Part shown: positions 11,391-24,376 of the stretch, piece by piece
Layout: each line of letters opens with the position of its first letter
How positions within the stretch are numbered: position 1 is the first letter of the stretch
DNA from: Nemertoderma westbladi
Lineage: Eukaryota; Animalia; Xenacoelomorpha
Length of the DNA: 64,000 nucleotides
Assembly (NCBI GenBank): GCA_032718475.1
Contig: JAUCBJ010006322.1
Coordinates: 1 to 64,000 of the forward strand
Direction: 5' to 3'
Translations under genes and position numbers: made by a program
Notes under the pieces: model-generated
What the model was told of the DNA's origin: nothing
The model's input: the letters and a program-made list of their open reading frames with translations, nothing else
Database searches by the model: none

Positions 11391-13492
11391 GCGAGGGGTT
11401 CCAGGGGCACGGAGGGCGAGGGGTTCCAGGGGCACGGAGGGCGAGGGGTTCCAGGGGCACGGAGGGCAAGGGGTTCCAGGGGCACGGAGGGCAAGGGGTT
11501 CCAGGGGCACGGAGGGCAAGGGGTTCCAGGGGCACGGAGGGCGAGGGGTTCCAGGGGCACGGAGGGTGAGGGGTTCCAGGGGCACGGAGGGCGAGGGGTT
11601 CCAGGGGCACGGAGGGCGAGGGGTTCCAGGGGCACGGAGGGTGAGGGGTTCCAGGGGCACGGAGGGCGAGGGGTTCCAGGGGCACGGAGGGCGAGGGGTT
11701 CCAGGGGCACGGAGGGCGAGGGGTTCCAGGGGCACGGAGGGCGAGGGGTTCCAGGGGCACGGAGGGCGAGGGGTTCCAGGGGCACGGAGGGTGAGGGGTT
11801 CCAGGGGCACGGAGGGCGAGGGGTTCCAGGGGCACGGAGGGCAAGGGGTTCCAGGGGCACGGAGGGCGAGGGGTTCCAGGGGCACGGAGGGTGAGGGGTT
11901 CCAGGGGCACGGAGGGCGAGGGGTTCCAGGGGCACGGAGGGCGAGGAGTTCCAGGGGCACGGAGGGCGAGGGGTTCCAGGGGCACGGAGGGCGAGGGGTT
12001 CCAGGGGCACGGAGGGCGAGGGGTTCCAGGGGCACGGAGGGCGAGGGGTTCCAGGGGCACGGAGGGCGAGGGGTTCCAGGGGCACGGAGGGCGATGGGTT
12101 CCAGGGGCACGGAGGGCGAGGGGTTCCAGGGGCACGGAGGGCGAGGGGTACCAGGGGCACGGAGGGTGAGGGGTTCCAGGGGCACGGAGGGCGAGGGGTT
12201 CCAGGGGCACGGAGGGCGAGGGGTTCCAGGGGCACGGAGGGCGAGGGGTTCCAGGGGCACGGAGGGCGAGGGGTTCCAGGGGCACGGAGGGCGAGGGGTT
12301 CCAGGGGCACGGAGGGCGAGGGGTTCCAGGGGCACGGAGGGCGAGGGGTTCCAGGGGCACGGAGGGCGAGGGGTTCCAGGGGCACGGAGGGCGATGGGTT
12401 CCAGGGGCACGGAGGGCGAGGGGTTCCAGGGGCACGGAGGGCGAGGGGTACCAGGGGCACGGAGGGTGAGGGGTTCCAGGGGCACGGAGGGCGAGGGGTT
12501 CCAGGGGCACGGAGGGTGAGGGGTTCCAGGGGCACGGAGGGCGAGGGGTTCCAGGGGCACGGAGGGCGAGGGGTACCAGGGGCACGGAGGGCGATGGGTA
12601 CCAGGGGCACGGAGGGCGATGGGTTCCAGGGGCACGGAGGGCGAGGGGTTCCAGGGGCACGGAGGGCGAGGGGTACCAGGGGCACGGAGGGTGAGGGGTT
12701 CCAGGGGCACGGAGGGCGAGGGGTTCCAGGGGCACGGAGGGCGAGGAGTTCCAGGGGCACGGAGGGCGAGGGGTTCCAGGGGCACGGAGGGCGAGGGGTT
12801 CCAGGGGCACGGAGGGCGAGGGGTTCCAGGGGCACGGAGGGCGAGGGGTTCCAGGGGCACGGAGGGCGAGGGGTTCCAGGGGCACGGAGGGCGATGGGTT
12901 CCAGGGGCACGGAGGGCGAGGGGTTCCAGGGGCACGGAGGGCGAGGGGTACCAGGGGCACGGAGGGTGAGGGGTTCCAGGGGCACGGAGGGCGAGGGGTA
13001 CCAGGGGCACGGAGGGCGATGGGTTCCAGGGGCACGGAGGGCGAGGGGTTCCAGGGGCACGGAGGGCGAGGGGTACCAGGGGCACGGAGGGTGAGGGGTT
13101 CCAGGGGCACGGAGGGCGAGGGGTTCCAGGGGCACGGAGGGCGAGGAGTTCCAGGGGCACGGAGGGCGAGGGGTTCCAGGGGCACGGAGGGCGAGGGGTT
13201 CCAGGGGCACGGAGGGCGAGGGGTTCCAGGGGCACGGAGGGCGAGGGGTTCCAGGGGCACGGAGGGCGAGGGGTTCCAGGGGCACGGAGGGCGATGGGTT
13301 CCAGGGGCACGGAGGGCGAGGGGTTCCAGGGGCACGGAGGGCGAGGGGTACCAGGGGCACGGAGGGTGAGGGGTTCCAGGGGCACGGAGGGCGAGGGGTT
13401 CCAGGGGCACGGAGGGCGAGGGGTTCCAGGGGCACGGAGGGCGAGGGGTTCCAGGGGCACGGAGGGCGAGGGGTACCAGGGGCACGGAGGGC
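11391..13492. repeat. G-rich 25-bp minisatellite (~84 copies), intergenic
   Basis: Unit GCGAGGGGTTCCAGGGGCACGGAGG, no visible indels. Variant units recur with a ~400-bp higher-order period (identical 116-aa ORFs at 12619 and 13019). Confidence 0.98.
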
Positions 13493-14630
13493 AATTTGAA
13501 GAATATAATATCGGTTTATATCATGAAAATAGATTAGCTTTATTTCCCTTTGATGTAAACTTGACATCGTCCAATAACCCTCGCACGGCAAATGATACAT
13601 TACAAGGTCAGCAGTAAATAAAGCGGTTTTTTCCGTGTAATTAATAGTTATTAATCCAAAATGTATTATAGTTTATATTATTATTGATTGTACCTCATTG
13701 ATTGTAGATGGGACCGGTAGGTACTGCTATGTTTAATTTTTATTATTATAAATCTAAATATATTTTTTTCAGTACAAATTTATTTTCTACAACTCTATAT
13801 TATTGTCCCGTTCAATGATTTAAGTTTGTTATTTCTAGAATAGTTTATCGTTATTTCCAAAAGACCTTAGTTTAGTAACCTTATTAGTATTATTTAGATT
13901 GCCATGCCGTGTTTCTATAAATCTTTATGTTGCCTATCTTAGCGTTATGCCTACATCATACTTTTCATACATCAAGTGTTGACTTTATAATTTGTTGCTT
14001 TTCTGATTCAGGTTTATTTGCTGATTTTTTTTACTATAATATATTATACACATATATATTATATAATGTAGTTAAATAATAATATTTATTGATAAATGAA
14101 TAATATTTGTTGATTTAGTGTTGTCTTTGATTAATTGGTTGTAGTGTATTGTTAACGACGTACACCGATGGCGCTACTGCTTCCGGTATCTATACCTATT
14201 GGAAAACGTTTACATGCCGTTCCGTAAACTGCATGTCTACAGTTGCACTGTACCAGCTGTGCATATGGCGTCATTGTGACCTGCCGATTACAGTGTTTCT
14301 ACCCGCCGCATATTTATCTTTATATATAAATCCTGTTCATATTATCTATTTCAATATTCGAATAAAATAATTTACTCGCTGTAACAAAGAAATATCTTAA
14401 TTTATCTTTTAAATATCCAACAGTATTGAATTTTGCACGAGTTTGCAGAAATTGCCGACGATTTTCAACATTTAATACGAATATCGATCCAACTGCCACT
14501 AATCAAATGAGTCTCTGAATATAATAATATAATAATAATATTCACGGACAAACATGTCCACATTGAATAGGGCCATATCCGCTTCAGTTCAAGAAAACTA
14601 ATCATCTTTTTTACGGCATGAGGTTCACTC

Positions 14631-15596
14631 TAGAGTTGAAACAGAGACCTGTCACTGATCTCTAGATTCTCCGCGCTATTTTTTGGTCTCTGGATAGGTC
14701 TCTGGTTCCCGGGTATTTAAAACAGACATTTTACCCAGAGATCAGTGATTTGACAGAAATATATATTTAAAAATAGATCCTGTACAAAACAAAATGTGAA
14801 ATGGTGATTATTTGTCACATATTTTTTACAATTAATTATTTCTTTAATTTTTAACTATTTTACATTCACCACTTCAACACAATTATATATTCACTTTTAC
14901 ACTATTTCTATTTATAATAAATGTTGTACCGATAATCTTCTATTTAATTAATTTAAGGTGCGTTTAATTTTAAGTTAAATTAGCACCTAAAGATGGTTCT
15001 TATTTAAGGATAAGGGCGCTTAATTTGAGCACTCATAATGTTTAAAAGTGAAAGAAAGGGCTGTTCTCCATTCAATTTGTTATAGGATGGATACTATGAC
15101 GACTAAATGGAGAGAACGAGCGTAACGGTAACGATGCTTGTAAATGGGGCGAGTAGAGTACTATACCTGTGCACTAAGTATTCGTAAATGACTAAGTTTA
15201 TAGTATATTGAAATGTATATGATTTGAACAATTGTAAAATTTAATTAACTTTATTTAACATATTATTAACAACAAATTAAGCACGAATTAATAAACAAAT
15301 AACCAAATTAATATTAATTAAGCCCCCCAAACTGTACGTGCGCTTATTTTCTTACAATGGGTAAGGGTTGAAATGGGTTGGATTTACTTTACTGTAATTG
15401 GACTATAGAAAAATAGTTCTAAGGCCCTACCTATTATGTACCTGTTTGTGCTATAGGGGAGTAATCAAATTGTAAGTACAAAAATAAGCCAAGTCTCTGA
15501 TCTCCGGCTCTGGTCTCCGGTATTTTTCATAATAATTCTCCGGGTAGGTCTCTGGTTTACCGGGATTAAGAAAAACAGGTCTCTGTTTCAACTCTA
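14631..15596. mobile_element. Non-autonomous hAT-type DNA transposon (MITE), 966 bp
   Basis: 22-bp TIRs TAGAGTTGAAACAGAGACCTGT / ACAGGTCTCTGTTTCAACTCTA; 8-bp TSD GTTCACTC (14623-14630 and 15597-15604); subterminal GGTCTCTGG repeats; no ORF. Confidence 0.88.
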
Positions 15597-15651
15597 GTTC
15601 ACTCTATATTTAATCACCCACACTATTTGATATAGGCAAATTTTCTTCTAT

Positions 15652-16736
15652 GTAAGTGTATTCTGGTGGCAGTAGACCCATGCGTTAGCGGGTATGCCCA
15701 CTGTGTACGTGTATTCTGGTGGCAGTAGACCCATGCGTTAGCGGGTATGCCCACTGTGTACGTGTATTCTGGTGGCAGTAGACCCATGCGTTAGCGGTTA
15801 TGCCCACTGTGTACGTGTATTCTGGTGGCAGTAGACCCATATGCGTTTGGCCCTCTGTGTACGTGTATTCTGGTGGCAGTAGACCCATGCGTTAGCGGGT
15901 ATGCCCACTGTGTACGTGTATTCTGTTGGCAGTAGACCCATGCGTTAGCGGGTATGCCCACTGTGTACGTGTATTCTGGTGGCAGTAGACCCATATGCGT
16001 TTGGCCCTCTGTGTACGTGTATTCTGGTGGCAGTAGACCCATGCGTTAGCGGGTATGTCCACTGTGTACGTGTATTCTGGTGGTAGTAAAACCATGTGTT
16101 TCTGGGTTGGCCCTCTGTGTACGTGTATTCTGGTGGCAGTAGACCCATGTGTTAGTGGGTAGGCCCACTGTGTACGTGTATTCTGGTGGCAGTAAAACCA
16201 TGTGTTAGTGGGTAGGCCCACTGTGTACGTGTATTCTGGTGGCAGTAAAACCATGTGTTTCTGGGTTGGCCCTCTGTGTACGTGTATTCTGGAGGCAGTA
16301 GACCCATGCGATAGTGAGTAGACCCACTGTGTACGTGTATTCTGGTGGCAGTAGACCCATGCGTTAGCGGGTATGTCCACTGTGTACGTGTATTCTGGTG
16401 GTAGTAAAACCATGTGTTTCTGGGTTGGCCCTCTGTGTACGTGTATTCTGGTGGCAGTAGACCCATGTGTTAGTGGGTAGGCCCACTGTGTACGTGTATT
16501 CTGGTGGCAGTAGATCCATGTGTTAGTGGGTAGGCCCACTGTGTACGTGTATTCTGGTGGCAGTAAAACCATGTGTTTCTGGGTTGGCCCTCTGTGTACG
16601 TGTATTCTGGAGGCAGTAGACCCATGCGATAGTGAGTAGACCCACTGTGTATGTGTATTCTGGTGGCAGTAGACCCATATGCGTTTGTGGGTTGGCCCAC
16701 TATATACGTGTATTCTGGTGGCAGTAGACCCATGCG
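15652..16736. repeat. ~53-bp (48-53) tandem array, ~20 copies, with a conserved block and a variable block
   Basis: Conserved CTGTGTACGTGTATTCTGGTGGCAGTAGACCCAT followed by related variable tails such as GCGTTAGCGGGTATGCCCA, GTGTTTCTGGGTTGGCCCT and GCGATAGTGAGTAGACCCA. Confidence 0.95.
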
Positions 16737-17691
16737 GGTGATTGGCGCTCCAGCCATAAAGCAAACAGAAGGATTTCGGAATCTTTCTCCGTTTTTTTCT
16801 TGAACAGTATTACTCATTAATAGATCTTTGCTGTTTTGTAGGGTTAGTTATATTGTTTTTTTACAGGGCCATGGTAACGACGATGTAGGCAGTTGGCCTA
16901 CCGGTACTGCAGCTCTGGAGAAACAAACTGGCATAACAATATGTATTTTATTCGTGGCGTATTTCTTTTAATATTACCATTGTTCATTTATATTACAGTT
17001 ATAGTCCGCATATCAACTCCCACGTCATTCTAAACCTTCCATGCGACGTAACAATCCAATACCCTCATTCAAAGAATTAAGAGATATCATTCGATATATT
17101 TTATAAGATGGGGTGATTGAGAAAGAATAATCTTTGTTCTCACCGACTGTCAAATATGTAACAATATTATTATCTTGAGTAAATTTGTAATTCTACATTA
17201 TCCAAAGTATTATTTCATTGTCATTGTGGTTTTTGGAATACAAAAACTTAACGAGAAATGATAATAGTAGGTATTATCTTAGGGAATCATTGATATTATA
17301 TCTGTAGTTAATCCGAGTGTCAATGCTACCTCAGCAAACTATTATCACCGTCAAAAATATAAATTCAACGCGGTTTGCGGTCAACAACTTACAGTATAAG
17401 AAAAATTTTATTTTTATACCAACATTTATAATCGAATAATTTTTATTTAATTACATTCCATTATAATCAATAGGCCTAGTATACGTATTAGTAAGGTAAG
17501 AAGTATTCCTAACAGAAAATACAATTAAATTTGAATGTATAATTTTAGGAAACTTTTTAAATGTTTTTTTGCACTTGAGTAAATTAACCAACTTTAATAG
17601 AGAAGCATCCACTAATTCTATTTGGTGAGGTGTAGAATTGTGTACGTCAGTTAAGGTATCGTATACATTATCCAACGCTTAAACATTCCAT

Positions 17692-17830
17692 TCTACCTTA
17701 ACGTAGTGGTTAATACATTCGTTGCCTTGAATTAAACTCTATCCAGAGGTCGAGGGTTCGATCCCCGCACGGGGGCCAGGAAAGAAACCTTTGCTCTTTC
17801 TTTTTATTTACTTTTACTTTTTTTTACTTT
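17692..17830 (+). mobile_element. tRNA-derived SINE head (truncated)
   Basis: A-box-like TAGTGGTTAA and B-box GGTTCGATCCC. Shares GAGGTCG.GGGTTCGATCCCCGCA.GGGG with 35646-35675. Followed by an (ACTTT)-like T-rich tract. Confidence 0.6.
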
Positions 17831-18058
17831 TATCTTATACAAACTAATACGTTAAATCAGAGGCGGCTATGTCTAAAGTGTGTTTAATTTCTATTGATTT
17901 AAATTAAATTGTTTCCCCCTCTCAAGGTGTGATTTGTTATTTGTTTCAAAAATTTGTGAGCATGTCCGATCAGAATGTCCGAGACTTCATCACATCTGCG
18001 TTTATGACCAGAAAACTAATTTCCTTTTGTTTTATTTGGCAGATCAAACAATCGAAAG

Positions 18059-18302
18059 ATGAGACCAACAATTCCTGCAATCGACTTTGCAATCAAATCA
18101 TCTGATAAACGACGAAAGTCTATGCCCAATGTTATATCCGACCGCTTACCCAAACATATTCCAAAGAGGTACCTTATTCTCACCTGGTGTGTTGTCTTTC
18201 TATCCTTCCTCTTGTTTATCCTAATCTTCGGCGTCCTATATTCCTATGGAACACTTCTGGGGGAATTTATATCTGATTTCCGTATAACTTACACCATGGC
18301 AG
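18059..18302 (+). CDS. SLC16/monocarboxylate-transporter-family MFS protein, coding exon 1 of 8
   Basis: TM1 ...LTWCVVFLSFLLFILIFGVLYSYGTLLGEF...; donor G|GTAAAT, phase 1. A strong acceptor at 18042 implies an upstream exon, so the N-terminus is uncertain. The eight exons total 1590 nt = 529 aa + stop with consistent phases. Confidence 0.85.
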
Positions 18303-18800
18303 GTAAATAAATAGCTTCACTTTATAATATACGATGGGTGAGGCCATTACCTACTCGTGGTGAGGCACATCATCTAACTAACTAACTATCGTGCAAATTC
18401 ATGGTCAACAATTTCAATTTTATCTGGTTAAGTATCCACCCTAAGGATATGATGTAATCAACTGAAAATCCCCAGCATTGTATGTAGGGGATTGATCAGT
18501 TGTCAACGAACTAATGAGGAAATGTAAATGTAAACCAATGTGGAAGTATTATGTTCTAATTAATCAAGAATAAGAACAATTTAGATAGTTTACATTACCT
18601 TTAGTTTAGTTATAACTAGTTATAACAGGTACTTAAATTACTTTACATACGCCAAACTTATCCCACAGTTTTGTCCACGTACGTAGTAGTTTCTTTTACA
18701 TATTGTTGTTGATACAAAATATTGAAATTTATTTTATAGATATTCTGTATCCGTATATAATGTATATTAGACCGATAAATATAGATATATTTTTTCCAAG

Positions 18801-18998
18801 GTTGGGTTGGAGGACTTGCTAACGCGGTATCATGCGGTTTGTCACCTTTATCTGCGTGGCTGTACCACCGTTATCCATCACACCACATCTCCTACATTGG
18901 AGTTATTATCGCTGCTTCATCTTTGTGGGTCACGTCCTATCTCAACAACATCTACACAATCATCGCCACATTCTCTGTCAGTTTCGGATTCTCTGCAA
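18801..18998 (+). CDS. SLC16-like transporter, exon 2
   Basis: ttccaag|GWVGGLANAVSCGLSPLSAWLYHRY...SYLNNIYTIIATFSVSFGFSA|gtaagt, matching the SLC16 WVGS/SP pattern. This frame is not the one shown in the ORF track. Confidence 0.9.
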
Positions 18999-21900
18999 GT
19001 AAGTACAACATCTAAAGAACCATTGCCACATTCTCTGTCAGTTTCGGATTCTCTGCAAGTAAGTACAACATCTACTTAACCATTGCCACATTCTCTTATC
19101 AGTTTCGTATTATCTGCAATTAAGTACAACATCTACATAACCATTGCCACATTATCTGTCAGTTTCGGATTCTCTGCAAGTAAGTACAACATCTAAAGAA
19201 CCATTGCCACATTCTCTGTCAGTTTCGGATTCTCTGCAAGTAAGTACAACATCTACTTAACCATTGCCACATTCTCTATCAGTTTCGTATTATCTGCAAG
19301 TAAGTACAACATCTAAAGAACCATTGCCAAATTCTCTATCATTTTCGTATACTCTGCAAGTAAGTACAACATCTAAAGAACCATTGCCAAATTCTCTATC
19401 AGTTTGGTATGCTCTGCAAGTAAGTACAACATCTACTTAACCATTGCCACATTCTCTATCAGTTTCGTATTATCTGCAAGTAAGTACAACATCTAAAGAA
19501 CCATTGCCAAATTCTCTATCAGTTTCGTATACTCTGCAAGTAAGTACAACATCTAAAGAACCATTGCCAAATTCTCTATCAGTTTGGTATGCTCTGCAAG
19601 TAAGTACAACATCTAAAGAACCATTGCCAAATTCTCTTATCAGTTTGGTATGCTCTGCAAGTAAGTACAACATCTACTTAACCATTGCCACATTCTCTAT
19701 CATTTTCGTATTATCTGCAATTAAGTACAACAGCTACATAACCATTGCCACATTCTCTATCAGTTTCGTATTATCTGCAAGTAAGTCCAACATCTAAAGA
19801 ACCATTTCCACATTCTCTGTCAGATTCGTATTCTCTGCAATTAAGTACAACATCTACATAACCATTGCCACATTCTCTATCAGTTTCGTATTATCTGCAA
19901 GTAAGTACAACATCTAAAGAACCATTGCCACATTCTCTGTCAGTTTCGTATTCTCTGCAATTAAGTACAACATCTACATAACCATTGCCACATTCTCTAT
20001 CAGTTTCGTATTATCTGCAAGTAAGTCCAACATCTAAAGAACCATTGCCACATTCTCTGTCAGTTTCGTATACTCTGCAATTAAGTACAACATCTACATA
20101 ACCATTGCCACATTCTCTATCAGTTTCGTATTATCTGCAAGTAAGTACAACATCTAAAGAACCATTGCCACATTCTCTGTCAGTTTCGTATTCTCTGCAA
20201 TTAAGTACAACATCTACATAACCATTGCCACATTCTCTATCAGTTTCGTATTATCTGCAAGTAAGTCCAACATCTAAAGAACCATTGCCACATTCTCTGT
20301 CAGTTTCGTATTCTCTGCAATTAAGTACAACATCTACATAACCATTGCCACATTCTCTATCAGTTTCGTATTATCTGCAAGTAAGTCCAACATCTAAAGA
20401 ACCATTGCCACATTCTCTGTCAGTTTCGTATTCTCTGCAATTAAGTACAACATCTACATAACCATTGCCACATTCTCTATCAGTTTCGTATTATCTGCAA
20501 GTAAGTCCAACATCTAAAGAACCATTGCCACATTCTCTATCAGTTTCGTATTATCTGCAATTAAGTACAACATCTACATAACCATTGCCACATTCTCTAT
20601 CAGTTTCGTATTATCTGCAAGTAAGTACAACATCTAAAGAACCATTGCCACATTCTCTATCAGTTTCGTATTATCTGCAAGTAAGTACAACATCTAAAGA
20701 ACCATTGCCACATTATCTGTCAGTTTCGTATACTCTGCAATTAAGTACAACATCTACATAACCATTGCCACATTCTCTATCAGTTTCGTATTATCTGCAA
20801 GTAAGTACAACATCTAAAGAACCATTGCCACATTCTCTGTCAGTTTCGTATGCTCTGCAAGTAAGTACAACATCTAAAGAACCATTGCCACATTCTCTGT
20901 CAGTTTCGTATTATCTGCAAGTAAGTACAACATCTAAAGAACCATTGCCACATTATCTGTCAGTTTCGTATTATCTGCAAGTAAGTACAACATCTACATA
21001 ACCATTGCCACATTATCTATCTGTTTCGTATTATCTGCAAGTAAGTACAACATCTAAAGAACCATTGCCACATTCTCTGTCAGTTTCGTATTCTCTGCAA
21101 TTAAGTACAACATCTACATAACCATTGCCACATTCTCTATCAGTTTCGTATTATCTGCAAGTAAGTCCAACATCTAAAGAACCATTGCCACATTATCTGT
21201 CAGTTTCGTATACTCTGCAATTAAGTACAACATCTACATAACCATTGCCACATTCTCTATCAGTTTCGTATTATCTGCAAGTAAGTACAACATCTAAAGA
21301 ACCATTGCCACATTCTCTGTCAGTTTCGTATGCTCTGCAAGTAAGTACAACATCTAAAGAACCATTGCCACATTCTCTGTCAGTTTCGTATTATCTGCAA
21401 GTAAGTACAACATCTAAAGAACCATTGCCACATTATCTGTCAGTTTCGTATACTCTGCAAGTAAGTACAACATCTACATAACCATTGCCACATTATCTGT
21501 CAGTTTCGTATTATCTGCAAGTAAGTACAACATCTAAAGAACCATTGCCACATTATCTGTCAGTTTCGTATACTCTGCAAGTAAGTACAACATCTACATA
21601 ACCATTGCCACATTATCTGTCAGTTTCGTATTATCTGCAAGTAAGTACAACATCTAAAGAACCATTGCCACATTATCTGTCAGTTTCGTATACTCTGCAA
21701 GTAAGTACAACATCTACATAACCATTGCCACATTATCTGTCAGTTTCGTATTATCTGCAAGTAAGTACAACATCTAAAGAACCATTGCCACATTCTCTAT
21801 CTGTTTCGTATACTCTGCAAGTTAAGTACAACATCTAAAGAACCATTGCCACATTCTCTGTCAGTTTCGTATTATCTGCAAGTAAGTACAACATCTAAAG

Positions 21901-23732
21901 AACCATTGCCACATTATCTGTCAGTTTCGTATACTCTGCAAGTAAGTACAACATCTAAAGAACCATCGCCACATTCTCTGTCAGTTTCGTATTATCTGCA
22001 AGTAAGTACAACATCTAAAGAACCATCGCCACATTCTCTGTCAGTTTCGTATACTCTGCAATTAAGTACAAGATCTACATAACCATTGCCACATTATCTG
22101 TCAGTTTGGTATGCTCTGCAAGTAAGTACAACATCTAAAGAACCATTGCCACATTCTCTGTCAGTTTCGTATTATCTGCAAGTAAGTACAACATCTAAAG
22201 AACCATCGCCACATTCTCTGTCAGTTTCGTATACTCTGCAATTAAGTACAAGATCTACATAACCATTGCCACATTATCTGTCAGTTTCGTATACTCTGCA
22301 AGTAAGTACAACATCTAAAGAACCATCGCCACATTCTCTGTCAGTTTCGTATACTCTGCAATTAAGTACAAGATCTACATAACCATTGCCACATTATCTG
22401 TCAGTTTCGTATACTCTGCAAGTAAGTACAACATCTAAAGAACCATCGCCACATTCTCTGTCAGTTTCGTATACTCTGCAATTAAGTACAAGATCTACAT
22501 AACCATTGCCACATTATCTGTCAGTTTCGTATACTCTGCAAGTAAGTACAACATCTAAAGAACCATTGCCACATTATCTGTCAGTTTCGTATACTCTGCA
22601 AGTAAGTACAACATCTACATAACCATTGCCACATTATCTGTCAGTTTCGTATTATCTGCAAGTAAGTACAACATCTAAAGAACCATTGCCACATTATCTA
22701 TCTGTTTCGTATACTCTGCAAGTTAAGTACAACATCTAAAGAACCATTGCCACATTATCTGTCAGTTTCGTATTATCTGCAAGTAAGTACAACATCTAAA
22801 GAACCATTGCCACATTATCTGTCAGTTTCGGATTCTCTGCAAGTAAGTACAACATCTAAAGAACCATCGCCACATTCTCTGTCAGTTTCGTATACTCTGC
22901 AATTAAGTACAATATCTACATAACCATTGCCACATTATCTGTCAGTTTCGTATACTCTGCAAGTAAGTACAACATCTAAAGAACCATCGCCACATTCTCT
23001 GTCAGTTTCGTATACTCTGCAATTAAGTACAAGATCTACATAACCATTGCCACATTATCTGTCAGTTTCGTATACTCTGCAAGTAAGTACAACATCTAAA
23101 GAACCATCGCCACATTCTCTGTCAGTTTCGTATTATCTGCAAGTTAAGTACAACATCCAAAGAACCATTGCCACATTATCTGTCAGTTTCGTATTATCTG
23201 CAAGTAAGTACAACATCTAAAGAACCATTGCCACATTATCTGTCAGTTTCGGATTCTCTGCAAGTAAGTACAACATCTAAAGAACCATTGCCACATTATC
23301 TGTCAGTTTCGTATTATCTGCAAGTTAAGTACAACATCTAAAGAACCATTGCCACATTATCTATCTGTTTCGTATACTCTGCAAGTAAGTACAACATCTA
23401 AAGAACCATTGCCACATTATCTATCTGTTTCGTATACTCTGCAAGTTAAGTACAACATCTAAAGAACCATTGCCACATTATCTGTCAGTTTCGTATTATC
23501 TGCAAGTAAGTACAACATCTACATAACCATTGCCACATTATCTGTCAGTTTCGTATTCTCTGCAAGTAAGTACAACATCTAAAGAACCATTGCCACATTA
23601 TCTGTCAGTTTCGTATTCTCTGCAAGTAAGTACAACATCTAAAGAACCATTGCCACATTATCTGTCAGTTTCGTATGCTCTGCAAGTAAGTACAACATCT
23701 ACATAATCATTGCCACATTATCTGTCAGTTTC
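18945..23732 (+). repeat. 60-bp tandem array (~80 copies) made of the last 54 nt of exon 2 plus the GTAAGT donor
   Basis: Exon tail ACAACATCTACACAATCATCGCCACATTCTCTGTCAGTTTCGGATTCTCTGCAA|GTAAGT is copy 1. Higher-order structure of 120-bp dimers and 480-bp blocks. Confidence 0.98.
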
Positions 23733-23771
23733 CATAAATAGTCATTAAGGTTTTATTATTTATTTATTTAG

Positions 23772-23911
23772 ATTTACTTCATACCACTCGATCGCTTCTC
23801 ATCACCTCCCTCTTCCCGCCAAACAAACTGTCGACTGTTTTTGGTTTACTTGGGATTTCGGGAGGCTTTAGTTGTATTTTAATTAATCCGCTATTTCAAT
23901 ATTTAATAAAA
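23772..23911 (+). CDS. SLC16-like transporter, exon 3
   Basis: tatttag|NLLHTTRSLLITSLFPPNKLSTVFGLLGISGGFSCILINPLFQYLIK|gtaagt; phase 1/0. Confidence 0.87.
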
Positions 23912-24376
23912 GTAAGTGAAACAAAGCTAAGGAGCCGGTAATAATTACCTTTAGTCAGTAGTTATGTTCATCTGTCATTCTTTCATACCTCAGGAAACTT
24001 TCAAGTATCTAATCATTGTCATTCAATTTCTGGTCCATGAGTTAACGGTGCCTACCTATGTAGATGGTAACTTATCAGTAGATTCATATCATAAGTGTGG
24101 ATCAGTGTGGATTCAGAATATTCTATAATAACTCAGAATGTTGTGGGGCGTTTCAGAATAGTTTAGGAGGTGTTTAATTAGGTGTGTTTATTTGTGTTTA
24201 ATGAATAGTTTCCATTCTAGTTCAGGTTGAGGGAACTGTTCTTATTCTGATTAAGAATTTGTAATGGAGATGATAAACTTTATTTCTTCTTCTTTCTATT
24301 CGTTCTAATCTTTCTAATAATTATAACGAACAAACATTGAATTATTGTGTTTAGAGCGGCAATGATAACAAGTGCG

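Noticed and set aside
11267-13617. Pro-rich and Gly/Arg-rich (collagen- or extensin-like) ORFs of up to 777 aa
   Set aside because: These are translations of a 25-bp minisatellite, open in nearly all frames, with no codon-level constraint.
15652-16736. CRISPR-like repeat/spacer appearance
   Set aside because: The variable parts are related to each other and recur, there are no cas genes, and the context is eukaryotic with introns.
17692-17780. Possible tRNA gene (also 35640-35675)
   Set aside because: Only A/B-box and T-arm similarity; no complete cloverleaf or acceptor stem. Better explained as SINE heads.
19005-23732. Array units acting as in-frame cassette microexons that add TM segments
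   Set aside because: The AAG|...|GT candidate exon is 55 nt (frameshifting) and read-through hits TAA in the first copy.
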